From the NCBI GenBank assembly GCA_963657885.1, contig CAVKNZ010000005.1, positions 1 through 56,385 on the forward strand: 56,385 nucleotides of DNA, in the 5' to 3' direction. This document shows positions 46,323-55,213 of this stretch, in pieces; the stretch's first letter is position 1, and every line of letters begins with the position of its first letter. Source of the DNA: Bacteroidaceae bacterium (GTDB lineage: Bacteria; Bacillota_I; Bacilli_A; RFN20; CAG-826). The position numbers and the translations under genes are program-made. The notes under the pieces were generated by a model. The model made no database searches, had not been told where the DNA came from, and worked only from the letters and a program-made list of their open reading frames with translations.

Positions 46323-46982
46323 ATGGAATTAACAAAGAAAGCAAAACCTGGCGATATCGTTCACTTTGGGTCATATCCTAGTTCATTAATATTAGATGAT
46401 ATTTTAATAGAAAAAATTAAATTGTTGCCATTTAACCAATATGGCGTAGGTATGTATAAAGGAACTAAATATTTAAAAGAAGATAACAAATATTATAAGT
46501 TTGAAAGTTTAGAATGGATTGTTGTAAGCAAAAAGCCAGGTGGCATTTTTAAATTAATTAGTAAAAATATTGTTGACCGTTGCTCTCTAAAATATAAAAC
46601 AAGCAATGGACGCAGCTGTGATTATTTTAATTACAAAGAAGTAATTTTTGCGAATAGAGCCTTTAATCAAAAAGAACGTAGTATGCTCCAGATTAGCGAT
46701 GATTTAGAAAATAGTAAAGTATATACAACAGTTAATTATCCATCCTTAGTTCTAGCAAAAAAGTTTGCAGATTTATCAATGGATTATTCAGACTACGTTA
46801 AACGATATTTTAATGGCCAAAAACCAGATTCTTATTACTTATATAGAAACAGTTATATTCATCCAAGTATTGGATATGGCCACGAGGCTTTCTATGTAGA
46901 AAAGAAAAAAGAATTTTTTGAAACAAATTATTATTTTCCTCTAGGGTTGAGACCAGTAATTATTGTAAAGGTGGAAAATTAA
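46323..46982 (+). CDS. Hypothetical protein (possibly DUF6273-like)
   Basis: PGDIVHFGSYP…LEWIVVSK resembles the GD-x-FG-Y…-EW-VL pattern of that family, as recalled from memory. Confidence 0.45.
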   Translation: MELTKKAKPGDIVHFGSYPSSLILDDILIEKIKLLPFNQYGVGMYKGTKYLKEDNKYYKFESLEWIVVSKKPGGIFKLISKNIVDRCSLKYKTSNGRSCDYFNYKEVIFANRAFNQKERSMLQISDDLENSKVYTTVNYPSLVLAKKFADLSMDYSDYVKRYFNGQKPDSYYLYRNSYIHPSIGYGHEAFYVEKKKEFFETNYYFPLGLRPVIIVKVEN

Positions 46983-46983
46983 G

Positions 46984-48384
46984 ATGAATAAGAAAGATTT
47001 TACAATCAAAAACGGGACTCTTATACGATATATAGGTAAAAGTTTAGAAGTAGTTGTACCCGAAGAAGTAACAACAATTAGTTCTGGAGCAATCGAAGCT
47101 GCGAAGAAAGTCACTTTGAATACAAATTGTAGAAAAATATGTGAAGCAGGTATATGTCGATATGGAAATATTTTAGAAGAGGTTGTAATCCCGACTGACT
47201 CTAAATTAACAAATATTGAGAAATATGGCATAGGACATGTTAAAAAACCGGTGCGCTTACCTGATGGAATAAAAGTTCTGAATAGCTCATTAGCGTCGTT
47301 GGCTTATATACCACCTAAAGCTGTACACATCAAAAAATATGCGATAAGTAATAATGACGACATTCTATTGTTGCCTGAATCAGTTATAAAAATAGATGAG
47401 GATGGTTTAAATACCAGTTGTATTTATTTAACTAAAAACCACAAAAAATTAGATGAATGGAAGCTTTCTAATCATGATTGGAATATTGTCTATAATATTA
47501 TTGATGGAAAAATATATGAACATGATGGATTTAAATATGTTCTATGCAATGATGATAAGGAAATCTATGTTGCAATTGTATCAATTCCGTCAAAACCATT
47601 AGTTATAATTCCAGAAAAAATTTCCGGTTATTTCGTAAGAGTTGTCTGCCATCCAACGAGTGGTCATGAATATGTAGCACCTACAATTTATGTTTCTAAA
47701 TATGTCTTTCAACTATCGTTCTTAGACAGGTATTTACACTTTGTTTTATTGGGAGATATGTTTCATCTGAATTTATCAACAAATGATAATTTTATTTGGC
47801 TAAATAGCAAAGGCAATGTAATTTGCAATATTAAACCAGAAGAAATTAAGCACAATAATAATTATTATTATGTTGAAAAATCATCTGGAATAATCCTAAT
47901 AACTTATGTAGGGCAAGAAACAACAGAGATTTACATTCCGGAAACTATTAATAAAAAACCTGTAGTGCAAATTGCTCTGGATGTTTTTCAAGTTAATAAC
48001 AAACACATTATTAAATTTATAAAATACCCGCCAAACATCAAGGCTCCCGACTTTCCAGTCGTAGCAATGCAGGACCGTGTTGTTTTAGCGAGCAATAGTG
48101 AACTATTTTATTCACCGATATTCAATTACTGCAATAAATCACTTGAAATACTAGATTACAAGGAAAAAGATGGTTTTAAGATGTTACATATTAAAGATGT
48201 CGATGAAGAAGGCTATGTAATTATAGGATTAGATCGCTCAATAATAAGAAACGCGGTAACGAATCCACCAAGAAAAATTAACGGTTTCAAAGTCCTTGGA
48301 ATTAGTTCAAAACTGTTTAACGATTACTATTTAACGCCCGAAATGGCTAGTTATTATTATTCTATTTATAAGAGATTATATTAA
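46984..48384 (+). CDS. BspA-type leucine-rich-repeat (LRR_5-like) protein
   Basis: FTIKNGTLIRYIGKSLEVVVPEEVTTISSGAI… and repeated 'IP..V..I' modules typical of BspA-like LRRs. No signal peptide seen. Confidence 0.5.
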   Translation: MNKKDFTIKNGTLIRYIGKSLEVVVPEEVTTISSGAIEAAKKVTLNTNCRKICEAGICRYGNILEEVVIPTDSKLTNIEKYGIGHVKKPVRLPDGIKVLNSSLASLAYIPPKAVHIKKYAISNNDDILLLPESVIKIDEDGLNTSCIYLTKNHKKLDEWKLSNHDWNIVYNIIDGKIYEHDGFKYVLCNDDKEIYVAIVSIPSKPLVIIPEKISGYFVRVVCHPTSGHEYVAPTIYVSKYVFQLSFLDRYLHFVLLGDMFHLNLSTNDNFIWLNSKGNVICNIKPEEIKHNNNYYYVEKSSGIILITYVGQETTEIYIPETINKKPVVQIALDVFQVNNKHIIKFIKYPPNIKAPDFPVVAMQDRVVLASNSELFYSPIFNYCNKSLEILDYKEKDGFKMLHIKDVDEEGYVIIGLDRSIIRNAVTNPPRKINGFKVLGISSKLFNDYYLTPEMASYYYSIYKRLY

Positions 48385-48438
48385 TTTTAAATCATCTAAT
48401 TAAATAAAAAAACATCAATACTGATGCGTATCATCTTC

Positions 48439-48894
48439 TCATTTATAATCCATTTCGTTCTTTCTTAAGCTATAAGTTACTTCTAAAACATCTTTATCAA
48501 ACAAAAGGATCTTCTTCGTCTCTATCGCGTGCTCTTTTGCTCCTTTATATGAGCCAACAAAGATTTCGTCTTTCGCTTTAAAAGAATGCTCTTTCCCTTC
48601 ACTTTCAATTAATACCGTCTTTGTATACGTCAATAAATATGATTCTTCATACTCATCATTTTTAACATCAGGGTTTATCTCAAATGCATTCGTGTTCTCG
48701 ATAAATCTTCCAAGCACTTTATGGCCTTTATTTTCAAAATATTCTTCGCTTAAAAGTTTATGGAGAATTAAATCATTGAAAGCTTCAAAAATATAAGAAC
48801 GATTAAAATTGATTTTCTTACAAATTTCAATTTCATCTACATAACCTCCCATCGCGATGATGCTTTCTTGAAGGCATTGAACGGCATAACTCAT
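48439..48894 (-). CDS. Hypothetical protein
   Basis: 151-aa ORF. No motif recognised. Confidence 0.5.
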   Translation of the reverse strand: MSYAVQCLQESIIAMGGYVDEIEICKKINFNRSYIFEAFNDLILHKLLSEEYFENKGHKVLGRFIENTNAFEINPDVKNDEYEESYLLTYTKTVLIESEGKEHSFKAKDEIFVGSYKGAKEHAIETKKILLFDKDVLEVTYSLRKNEMDYK

Positions 48895-48913
48895 ATTTAC
48901 TTCATCCTTTCAT

Positions 48914-49324
48914 TTACCATAAGCTATAGATAGAACAACCAACTGCGTCTTTATAAGTAAAAGTTAATTCATCAATAGGCTTAGTTCTCCAAATCTTATG
49001 AAGTTTTTTCTTAGCCCATCTCCAATAGCTAGATTTAGATTTTGAAAATCTAGTGTAGAAGCTGTGCTTTCTTAAATATTCAGAATCTTCAATAGTTTTA
49101 ACCTGACTCTTTCCAAAGTGGCTCTTCATCGGAGCCATGCAGGAGCCAGAATAATTCCAACATGGTTCGATAAAATCGAAATTTCCCTTATCATCATAAT
49201 AAATGGTGTTGTAATGAGGACAGACCCGATTCCATGACTTTTTAGATAAATTTTTTAATCGTCTTTGGGTTTCATTATGCGCGTTATGAGTTTTTCTACT
49301 ATGATGCATATCTTGCTTCCTCAA
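48914..49324 (-). CDS. Hypothetical basic Cys/Trp-rich protein
   Basis: 136-aa ORF with CPHYN…CWNYSGSC. No family recognised. Confidence 0.5.
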   Translation of the reverse strand: MRKQDMHHSRKTHNAHNETQRRLKNLSKKSWNRVCPHYNTIYYDDKGNFDFIEPCWNYSGSCMAPMKSHFGKSQVKTIEDSEYLRKHSFYTRFSKSKSSYWRWAKKKLHKIWRTKPIDELTFTYKDAVGCSIYSLW

Positions 49325-49341
49325 GCTATATTATGTGTATG

Positions 49342-49369
49342 AAAAGATGACCTGTGTTTCAAAGTCATC
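49342..49369 (-). terminator. Terminator-like hairpin GAUGAC-N12-GUCAUC followed by UUUUC
   Basis: Minus strand, directly after the stop of 49410-50084. Confidence 0.4.
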
Positions 49370-49409
49370 ATTATGTCCTTATATTAGAACTATCTTTTAT
49401 AGAAAGGCA

Positions 49410-50084
49410 TTAAGAGAGCTTTTCAATCGCCTTTCTAACGTGTTTCTTTTCTAAGCCGTTTTGCTCAAAGCTAGTTTGCACAAGATATCTTGTCATTTTT
49501 GTCTCTAGATAATCAAACATCTCATCATCTAATATGACAAACTTCTTTATATCGACACCAATTTCTTTTTGCATCTCAATATAACGGAGAATGCCTCTTC
49601 CTCGATAGAGGGGATTACCATCGATGGTTTTATCTTTAATTGCTAAGCCTTGCTTTTCTAACTTCGTATCTAGGTAGGCAGCCATTTCATCTTCGTAGTC
49701 TTTAAAGTAAACATTATTTGTCCAATTAGTTTTCCAAGAAGATGTAAGGACAACGATTGCCTTAGTCGCATCAACAATGTCTTTTAGTAAAGCAACTTTC
49801 TTATCTTCAATGCCAATAAAGCCATTGCATCTATCTTTGGTGGAATGTGAATTAAGCACTCCATCGACATCTAAGAAAATAACTTTCTCTTCTTTAATAT
49901 AAAAAGAGTCATCTATGTCTTTAATCACTAATCCTTCGTGATTGATATAACCTTTTTTAACAAGATCATTAAAGATGCCACAAGCTTTTTTAAAGCCAAT
50001 AGATAATTCTCTTTGTAAAGAAGAGATAGAAATCTTCTCTCCCTTTTTAAGAGTTGAAATGATTTGATTTAAATTGTATTCCAT
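49410..50084 (-). CDS. FtsK-gamma-like wHTH fused to a HAD-superfamily phosphatase-like domain
   Basis: KISISSLQRELSIGFKKACGIFNDLVKKGYI matches the FtsK gamma pattern (ISxSxLQRxxxIGYxRAxxIxDxLExxGI). HAD motif I is VIFLDVDGVLN and a later block is FVILDDE. Confidence 0.7.
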   Translation of the reverse strand: MEYNLNQIISTLKKGEKISISSLQRELSIGFKKACGIFNDLVKKGYINHEGLVIKDIDDSFYIKEEKVIFLDVDGVLNSHSTKDRCNGFIGIEDKKVALLKDIVDATKAIVVLTSSWKTNWTNNVYFKDYEDEMAAYLDTKLEKQGLAIKDKTIDGNPLYRGRGILRYIEMQKEIGVDIKKFVILDDEMFDYLETKMTRYLVQTSFEQNGLEKKHVRKAIEKLS

Positions 50085-50095
50085 AGGCTTCCTTT

Positions 50096-50593
50096 CTACT
50101 TCGCGAGTTCATTGATGAGCCACCTATGATTTTTAATGTAATCTTTTACAGTTTCTTCAATGTCAAAATCTTTAGCCGGTTCTTCCTTCTTAGAAGGCTC
50201 CTTGAAGACTTTATCTGCAATGGCTTTAACTGATATTTGACTACCGCCATCACCGGCGATCTGATATGTTAATTTGCATAATTCTTCATCGCTTATGGCT
50301 AAAGGATTGTTAAGCATTTTACTTGCGAGATATAAAGCGATAACCCCAGTTCTTTTATTGCCATTTAAAAAACCATGATTGATAACTAATGATTTAAAAA
50401 CGCTGGCAAAAGCCTCTTCAATAGAAGGATAAGGCTGATATTGATTGCCTAATGCGGATAGCATTTTATTCTTATCAATAACTCCAAAAGGCTCGCCAAT
50501 TAACAAGGAGAGCTGATTGATTTTAATGATGTCTTCGTAAGTGAGTTCATTATTCATAAAATTAATACCATAAATCGTCAAAATATTTTGCAA
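50096..50593 (-). CDS. doc: Doc/Fic-family toxin (death-on-curing type)
   Basis: Fic/Doc motif HGFLNGNKRTG. The likely start is the internal Met (MNNELTYEDI). Confidence 0.75.
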   Translation of the reverse strand: MQNILTIYGINFMNNELTYEDIIKINQLSLLIGEPFGVIDKNKMLSALGNQYQPYPSIEEAFASVFKSLVINHGFLNGNKRTGVIALYLASKMLNNPLAISDEELCKLTYQIAGDGGSQISVKAIADKVFKEPSKKEEPAKDFDIEETVKDYIKNHRWLINELAK

Positions 50594-51035
50594 ACATCTT
50601 CAATGCTTTTTCTTTATTTAGTTTACAATATTGATCAATTTTTTCCTCTTCGGCTTTATATCTATTTTTATATGAACAAGTGCTTTTATCTGCTTCTAAG
50701 AAAGCGTTTTTCATCTCGACTAAAGTCTTTTGCCATTTCGAAAAACAATATTCATCCATCGCTTTTCTTTGTTCATCATTAATTGTTATAGGACTTAAGT
50801 TATTGTCTTTATAATATTCATTTTCAAAAGAAGAAGGATAACATTTGTTATGCTTAATTAATTCATCAAGCATCTTCGGCATGATTGATAAAAACCATGA
50901 ATCTATTTCATAGACATCATAATCGGAGAAGCCACGCTTCGCGCGTTGTCTTTTCCATTTGATGTTGTTTTTGATTTCTTTTATTTTCATACCTTTTCTT
51001 TCCTCAAAATGGATCGTTATCGCGTTTATAGACAC
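50562..51035 (-). CDS. Hypothetical protein upstream of doc (not Phd-like); likely start is the ATG at 50990
   Basis: The ORF-track start is a GTG. The internal MKIKEIK has a GAGGAAAG SD. Confidence 0.5.
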   Translation of the reverse strand: MSINAITIHFEERKGMKIKEIKNNIKWKRQRAKRGFSDYDVYEIDSWFLSIMPKMLDELIKHNKCYPSSFENEYYKDNNLSPITINDEQRKAMDEYCFSKWQKTLVEMKNAFLEADKSTCSYKNRYKAEEEKIDQYCKLNKEKALKMFAKYFDDLWY

Positions 51036-51095
51036 TTATGATGCATGGATGACAATTTTCATCGACATCCAAATTATCATTCTCATAAGCTTTTT

Positions 51096-51227
51096 CTAAC
51101 GCATTAACTTTTTAGCATTTTCTTCTTCTAAAAATTTCTGATAATTAGCGTCAATTTGCTCTGCAATTTCTTTTGTTAATTTTGGCAATTTCAATCTTTC
51201 TATCTTTCTAACTCTTTTCTTCTTCAT
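51096..51227 (-). CDS. Unlisted small ORF (43 aa, MKKKRVRKIERLKLPKLTKEIAEQIDANYQKFLEEENAKKLMR)
   Basis: ATG at 51227 preceded by an AAGGAG SD. It fills an otherwise empty 230-nt gap. Confidence 0.4.
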   Translation of the reverse strand: MKKKRVRKIERLKLPKLTKEIAEQIDANYQKFLEEENAKKLMR

Positions 51228-51266
51228 AAAGTCTCCTTGCTTTGTTAGATAATTTCATCAAGAGTC

Positions 51267-52679
51267 TTAGCCAATGCAGGCTAAGATCTCTGATGATTTA
51301 AGATGTTTTTTCTCAAAAAGCAAATGTCCTAAAGCTTCTACTTTATATCGATTAGCTTTTAAATATTTAATGGTCTCTTTTTCACACTTCTTTAAAAGGT
51401 GTTCAATCTTTCTTTCCATTCTTCTTCTTTTAATAGGTGTTTCCATTCTTGAGCTTTTAGAGACTATAGGAAGCGTTTCAGAGCAAGATGAATAGCCAAT
51501 CATATTAATCATGTTATAGGCTTCCACTCTCGCGTTTTGTAAATCATTTTCTGAGCCTCTTGAGCCTTCACCGCAGATGAGTTTTTGAGCGAGAACTCCG
51601 GCCATCGAGATTTTGATGTCGGCGATGATCTTTTTGTAAGGCCAAAAGCCTTTTTCAACTTCTTTAGCTTGGAAGTTTCCGCTGGCATCAGAGATATTGA
51701 GTCTATTGATTAAGAAGTATTGTGGGAACTCTTTAGCCATAACAGCATGACCGGCTTCATGGATGGCGACATCTAAATTGTATTTATCAACAGTTTTTTT
51801 AACTCTATCGGTGATGTTATAAATAGAATTATCGATCATCTCCATGCTGATATTATTAAAACCATTTCTTAAAACGATGTCGTTTACCAGTGCTTTAACA
51901 CCAGCGCAGGTGATGCCGTTAAGTGATAAAGCGACTTCTTCATCATCAAAATCTTTTGGCAGTTCTAGGTTAAATTCCTTAAAATGCTTCTTTAAAAGTT
52001 CTAATGCTTCTTCACCTTTTGGATATGGAATATGGATGAGTTTTTCTAAACGTCCATGTCTAAGAAGAGGGTTAGGAATTTCATCCAAATCGTTCGTGGC
52101 AGCAAGCACAAGAATGTCATCGCTTGATTCCACTCCATCAAGGCATTCTTGAAGAGCTCTTGAAACTCTGCTCTCGCGAGCGATGAGTAAATCTAATTCA
52201 TCGAAAACGATGATTGCATGTTTTGCTTCTCGAGCTTTCTTAAAAGTTTCAATGATGCCTTTAGTAATATTGCTTTGTTCGCCTTGGAAAACAAATACCG
52301 GTGCGTCCGCGCATCTAATGATTTCTTTAATAAGCAACGATTTTCCGTTTCCTGGTTCTCCAAAGAGAATGACGCCTTTAGGAATGGAGACTCCTTTTTC
52401 TTTAAGTTCTTTTGATCTTTTAAACCAATCCACGACGAGGAGTAGTTCTTTCTTTTGCTCAACATGACCAACGACTCTAGAAAGTGGCTCTTCACCATTT
52501 TTAAGCTTTTCACCATGTTGAAGCGTATACGCGGGCGCGTCCTCTTTATTATTATTTCCGTCAAGATGTTCTTCTTCAAAGGTCTTTGGTCTACTAACCT
52601 TTTTGTTAACGGTGTCCTTTCTTGATAAAATTTCAAAAAATTCTTCATCATCATCTAATACTTCAATTAAATCTTCCAT
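51267..52679 (-). CDS. Soluble FtsH-like AAA+ ATPase / M41 peptidase (second copy), no TM segments
   Basis: Walker A GEPGNGKS, Walker B IIVFDELD, sensor AATND, Arg-finger region PLLRHGRLE, zinc motif HEAGHAVMA and GSENDL (FtsH GASNDI). Confidence 0.8.
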   Translation of the reverse strand: MEDLIEVLDDDEEFFEILSRKDTVNKKVSRPKTFEEEHLDGNNNKEDAPAYTLQHGEKLKNGEEPLSRVVGHVEQKKELLLVVDWFKRSKELKEKGVSIPKGVILFGEPGNGKSLLIKEIIRCADAPVFVFQGEQSNITKGIIETFKKAREAKHAIIVFDELDLLIARESRVSRALQECLDGVESSDDILVLAATNDLDEIPNPLLRHGRLEKLIHIPYPKGEEALELLKKHFKEFNLELPKDFDDEEVALSLNGITCAGVKALVNDIVLRNGFNNISMEMIDNSIYNITDRVKKTVDKYNLDVAIHEAGHAVMAKEFPQYFLINRLNISDASGNFQAKEVEKGFWPYKKIIADIKISMAGVLAQKLICGEGSRGSENDLQNARVEAYNMINMIGYSSCSETLPIVSKSSRMETPIKRRRMERKIEHLLKKCEKETIKYLKANRYKVEALGHLLFEKKHLKSSEILACIG

Positions 52680-52847
52680 TCATTTTTACCTCTTTTCGAG
52701 ATAATTATGACCATTAAATTTTTATTTATCTGATAGAAATTGATTTGGTACTTTTAGAAGGACATATTTATAAGCTGAAGGATTAAAAGATAACCAATAA
52801 AACTAATTTCAATAAAAAATCTTGTTTTAAGAGTCTTTAATTATTTA

Positions 52848-53753
52848 TTAGCACTTAAGTAATTCAGATAAAAGTTTAGTACGCCCATATAGCTTACCTT
52901 CAAGATAAAAATTCCCAGTACAGATGAGCCAAATCATTTTATCGATTTTATATGGTGTCGCGTCTTTAATTCTACATTGTTCGACTAAATATTTAGCAAA
53001 GTAAAAATAGAATTCAACGCAATCTTGATTGCTTATATCATCAGTATTTTTTTGATTTGTTAGTTCCTTCATAACTTTAATAAGATGGGTATCAGGCTTG
53101 ATAAGCCAATGAACACCAATCTCTTTTAGAAAATCATAAGGAAGCGTGTCGCCGAAACCTTTTATTGACTTAAGGTCTTTAACCACACGATAAGCATCGT
53201 CTAAATTGGCGGTAGATATAGTTTGATTGATTAGACCATTTAAACTTTTAACGTTTTCTTTTTTTGATAAATAATTAACTGCATCAGCTAACCCATGACA
53301 AAATTTCGTCCAATTTGTTTTTATTGCATTATTTCTAACTATTATTAGTTTATCGTCCTTAGATAAATTGTTTAGAGCTGTCCCGTTGTCATCAATATAT
53401 GAATCTTGCATTATTTCTTTATAAAATTCATACCATAGATTGGCACTAGTATTCTTTGGTTCAGTGTACTTGTCAACATCAAAGCCAAATAAAGCTTTGC
53501 TAATAACATTGTAGTTATATTCATCGGGCATGCAGTGAATGGTATTTGCTAGTTGCTTGCTATTATTTAATGAAATAGCAGCCTGTCTAAGAAATTCATT
53601 TGGATTCTTTAACGGCTTTGGTTTTAAATATTTTTTACGATTAGCCCTTTTAATATGCCGTTCTTTAAACATCTCATTCATGATAGATGCAATTTGTTCA
53701 TACCATCTCTTTGCGTATTTCCCATAATTTTGTTTAAATTCATCGTAATTCAT
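52848..53753 (-). CDS. Hypothetical protein with possible HhH-GPD-like (DNA glycosylase fold) segment
   Basis: LKSIKGFGDTLPYDFLKEIGVHWLIKPDTHL resembles the HhH hairpin plus the 'VDTH' block of the Nth/AGOG-type fold. The match is weak. Confidence 0.3.
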   Translation of the reverse strand: MNYDEFKQNYGKYAKRWYEQIASIMNEMFKERHIKRANRKKYLKPKPLKNPNEFLRQAAISLNNSKQLANTIHCMPDEYNYNVISKALFGFDVDKYTEPKNTSANLWYEFYKEIMQDSYIDDNGTALNNLSKDDKLIIVRNNAIKTNWTKFCHGLADAVNYLSKKENVKSLNGLINQTISTANLDDAYRVVKDLKSIKGFGDTLPYDFLKEIGVHWLIKPDTHLIKVMKELTNQKNTDDISNQDCVEFYFYFAKYLVEQCRIKDATPYKIDKMIWLICTGNFYLEGKLYGRTKLLSELLKC

Positions 53754-53822
53754 ATTGCACGCTCCTATACAGTTTTAACTTCGATTAATAATAACTTATT
53801 AAGCAGTTAATAATATGCGCTA

Positions 53823-54671
53823 TTATCCCATTTTCCTACTTCCAATAGTCTTATGGAATTGTTTAATTACTTTCTCAACTTCTGGATCAATCATGAAATA
53901 TAGATATCTATCTTCAAATGGAGATAGTTTATCTTTTTGATAATATGCTTCTGCGATTGAACCCGCCATCGCGGCGATTGTGTCAGTATCTCCTCCAATA
54001 GCCACGCATGTTCTAATCGTATCTTCTAATGAATTTGATATTAAAAAGGCATAGATAGCTTCAGGAACACTTCCTTGGCATGATGAATTAAATTTATAGC
54101 TTTTAACTAATTCATCAAAATCAAGATTAGCTATCTCAGGATAGTAATCTCTAAGCATGACTTCTTTAATTTCTTCTTTGTCTTTTCCGTGTAAAGCTAA
54201 ATAAATGCATAAAGAAACTGCCTCAGCTCCTTTAAGGCCTTCAGGATGATTATGAGTGATCTCTGTCACTGTTTTAGTTAAAAGCTTTAAATGTTCAACT
54301 GAATCGGCGACCCAAGCAACAGGAGAGATGCGCATCGCGCTGCCATTACCAAAAGAATTATATGCCGGAGCAACTTGGTTTTTCTCTTTCGAAGCGATAC
54401 ACCATTGCCTAAATAGATGCCCATATCCTGCATGAGGTTTAGAAAAATATGTTTCAACAAATTCTTTAGCTAAATCTTCTTGAATGCTTTTTAACGATTC
54501 TTTTGAATAGTTGATTGGATAATGTCTCATGAGCACCTTTGCCATGGCAATGGTGAGCATTGAATCATCGGTCATCCTCATCGATGAACGATAGATATCA
54601 AAGTTTTTCCTTTTGCATGATTTAAATTCATATATCGAACCAACCATGTCGCCTATAATTGCACCTAACAT
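53823..54671 (-). CDS. ADP-ribosylglycohydrolase family protein
   Basis: N-terminal MLGAIIGDMVGSIYEF and C-terminal GGDTDTIAAMAGSIAEAYY signature blocks. Confidence 0.85.
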   Translation of the reverse strand: MLGAIIGDMVGSIYEFKSCKRKNFDIYRSSMRMTDDSMLTIAMAKVLMRHYPINYSKESLKSIQEDLAKEFVETYFSKPHAGYGHLFRQWCIASKEKNQVAPAYNSFGNGSAMRISPVAWVADSVEHLKLLTKTVTEITHNHPEGLKGAEAVSLCIYLALHGKDKEEIKEVMLRDYYPEIANLDFDELVKSYKFNSSCQGSVPEAIYAFLISNSLEDTIRTCVAIGGDTDTIAAMAGSIAEAYYQKDKLSPFEDRYLYFMIDPEVEKVIKQFHKTIGSRKMG

Positions 54672-54688
54672 AATCTTTTGTTTCCTTT

Positions 54689-55213
54689 CTAATAATACCA
54701 GTCTGAATGGTCTGTTAATTCAAATTTAATAAATAGCTTATCCATGTTGCTTAAATAATCTAATTCTTTATATTCATCTATTCCTAGAATATGGCTCTTT
54801 TTGCCTTTTGAATATATTTGCCAAATGTTATTTCCATATTTCTTTTTAAATTCCTCTAATGGAGGGTAGATAAAATCATTACCAAATATTTTCTTTAAAA
54901 ATTTATGTTTGCTTGATAGATATACAAACATATCATAAGCCCTTTTATTTCTTTGAAGAGTTTCGCTATCTTGTTTATCTTTTGCTTCCTTACTTTTGGC
55001 AATGTTTTTATCGATCTCTTCTAGGTAAAGGGAAATAAGTTCATTGTCTTCATCATTAACGAATTTAAGGAACCCGTTTTTAAAGGTTAAGGGAGTGCTA
55101 AAAGTTTTCTCTACTCCATTAAAGTTAACAACAACATGCTTTTCATCGATAGATTTAACAATGCCTTTTTCATTGTTTTTATTTATAACTTCTTTATTTA
55201 TAAGTTCATTCAT
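54689..55213 (-). CDS. Hypothetical protein
   Basis: 174-aa ORF overlapping the upstream gene by 8 nt. No motif recognised. Confidence 0.5.
   Translation of the reverse strand: MNELINKEVINKNNEKGIVKSIDEKHVVVNFNGVEKTFSTPLTFKNGFLKFVNDEDNELISLYLEEIDKNIAKSKEAKDKQDSETLQRNKRAYDMFVYLSSKHKFLKKIFGNDFIYPPLEEFKKKYGNNIWQIYSKGKKSHILGIDEYKELDYLSNMDKLFIKFELTDHSDWYY

Noticed and set aside
46192-46374. 60-aa minus-strand ORF overlapping the start of 46323-46982
   Set aside because: It lies in the divergent promoter region, overlaps a better-supported gene start, and has no SD.
51844-52654. Antisense or alternative-frame ORFs inside the FtsH-like gene. The same class of ORF-track entries occurs at 3848-4045, 7793-8020, 10110-10606, 11759-12200, 16858-17070, 19716-20207, 24131-25133, 25415-26865, 27268-27471, 28039-29160, 32179-32397, 32925-33131, 36195-36413, 36883-37718, 39097-39324, 41256-41450, 43988-44238, 45611-45871, 46941-47231, 50588-50782, 51274-51495 and 53539-53727.
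   Set aside because: All are embedded in longer ORFs that carry clear family motifs. They are low-complexity products of AT-rich sequence and lack SD sequences.
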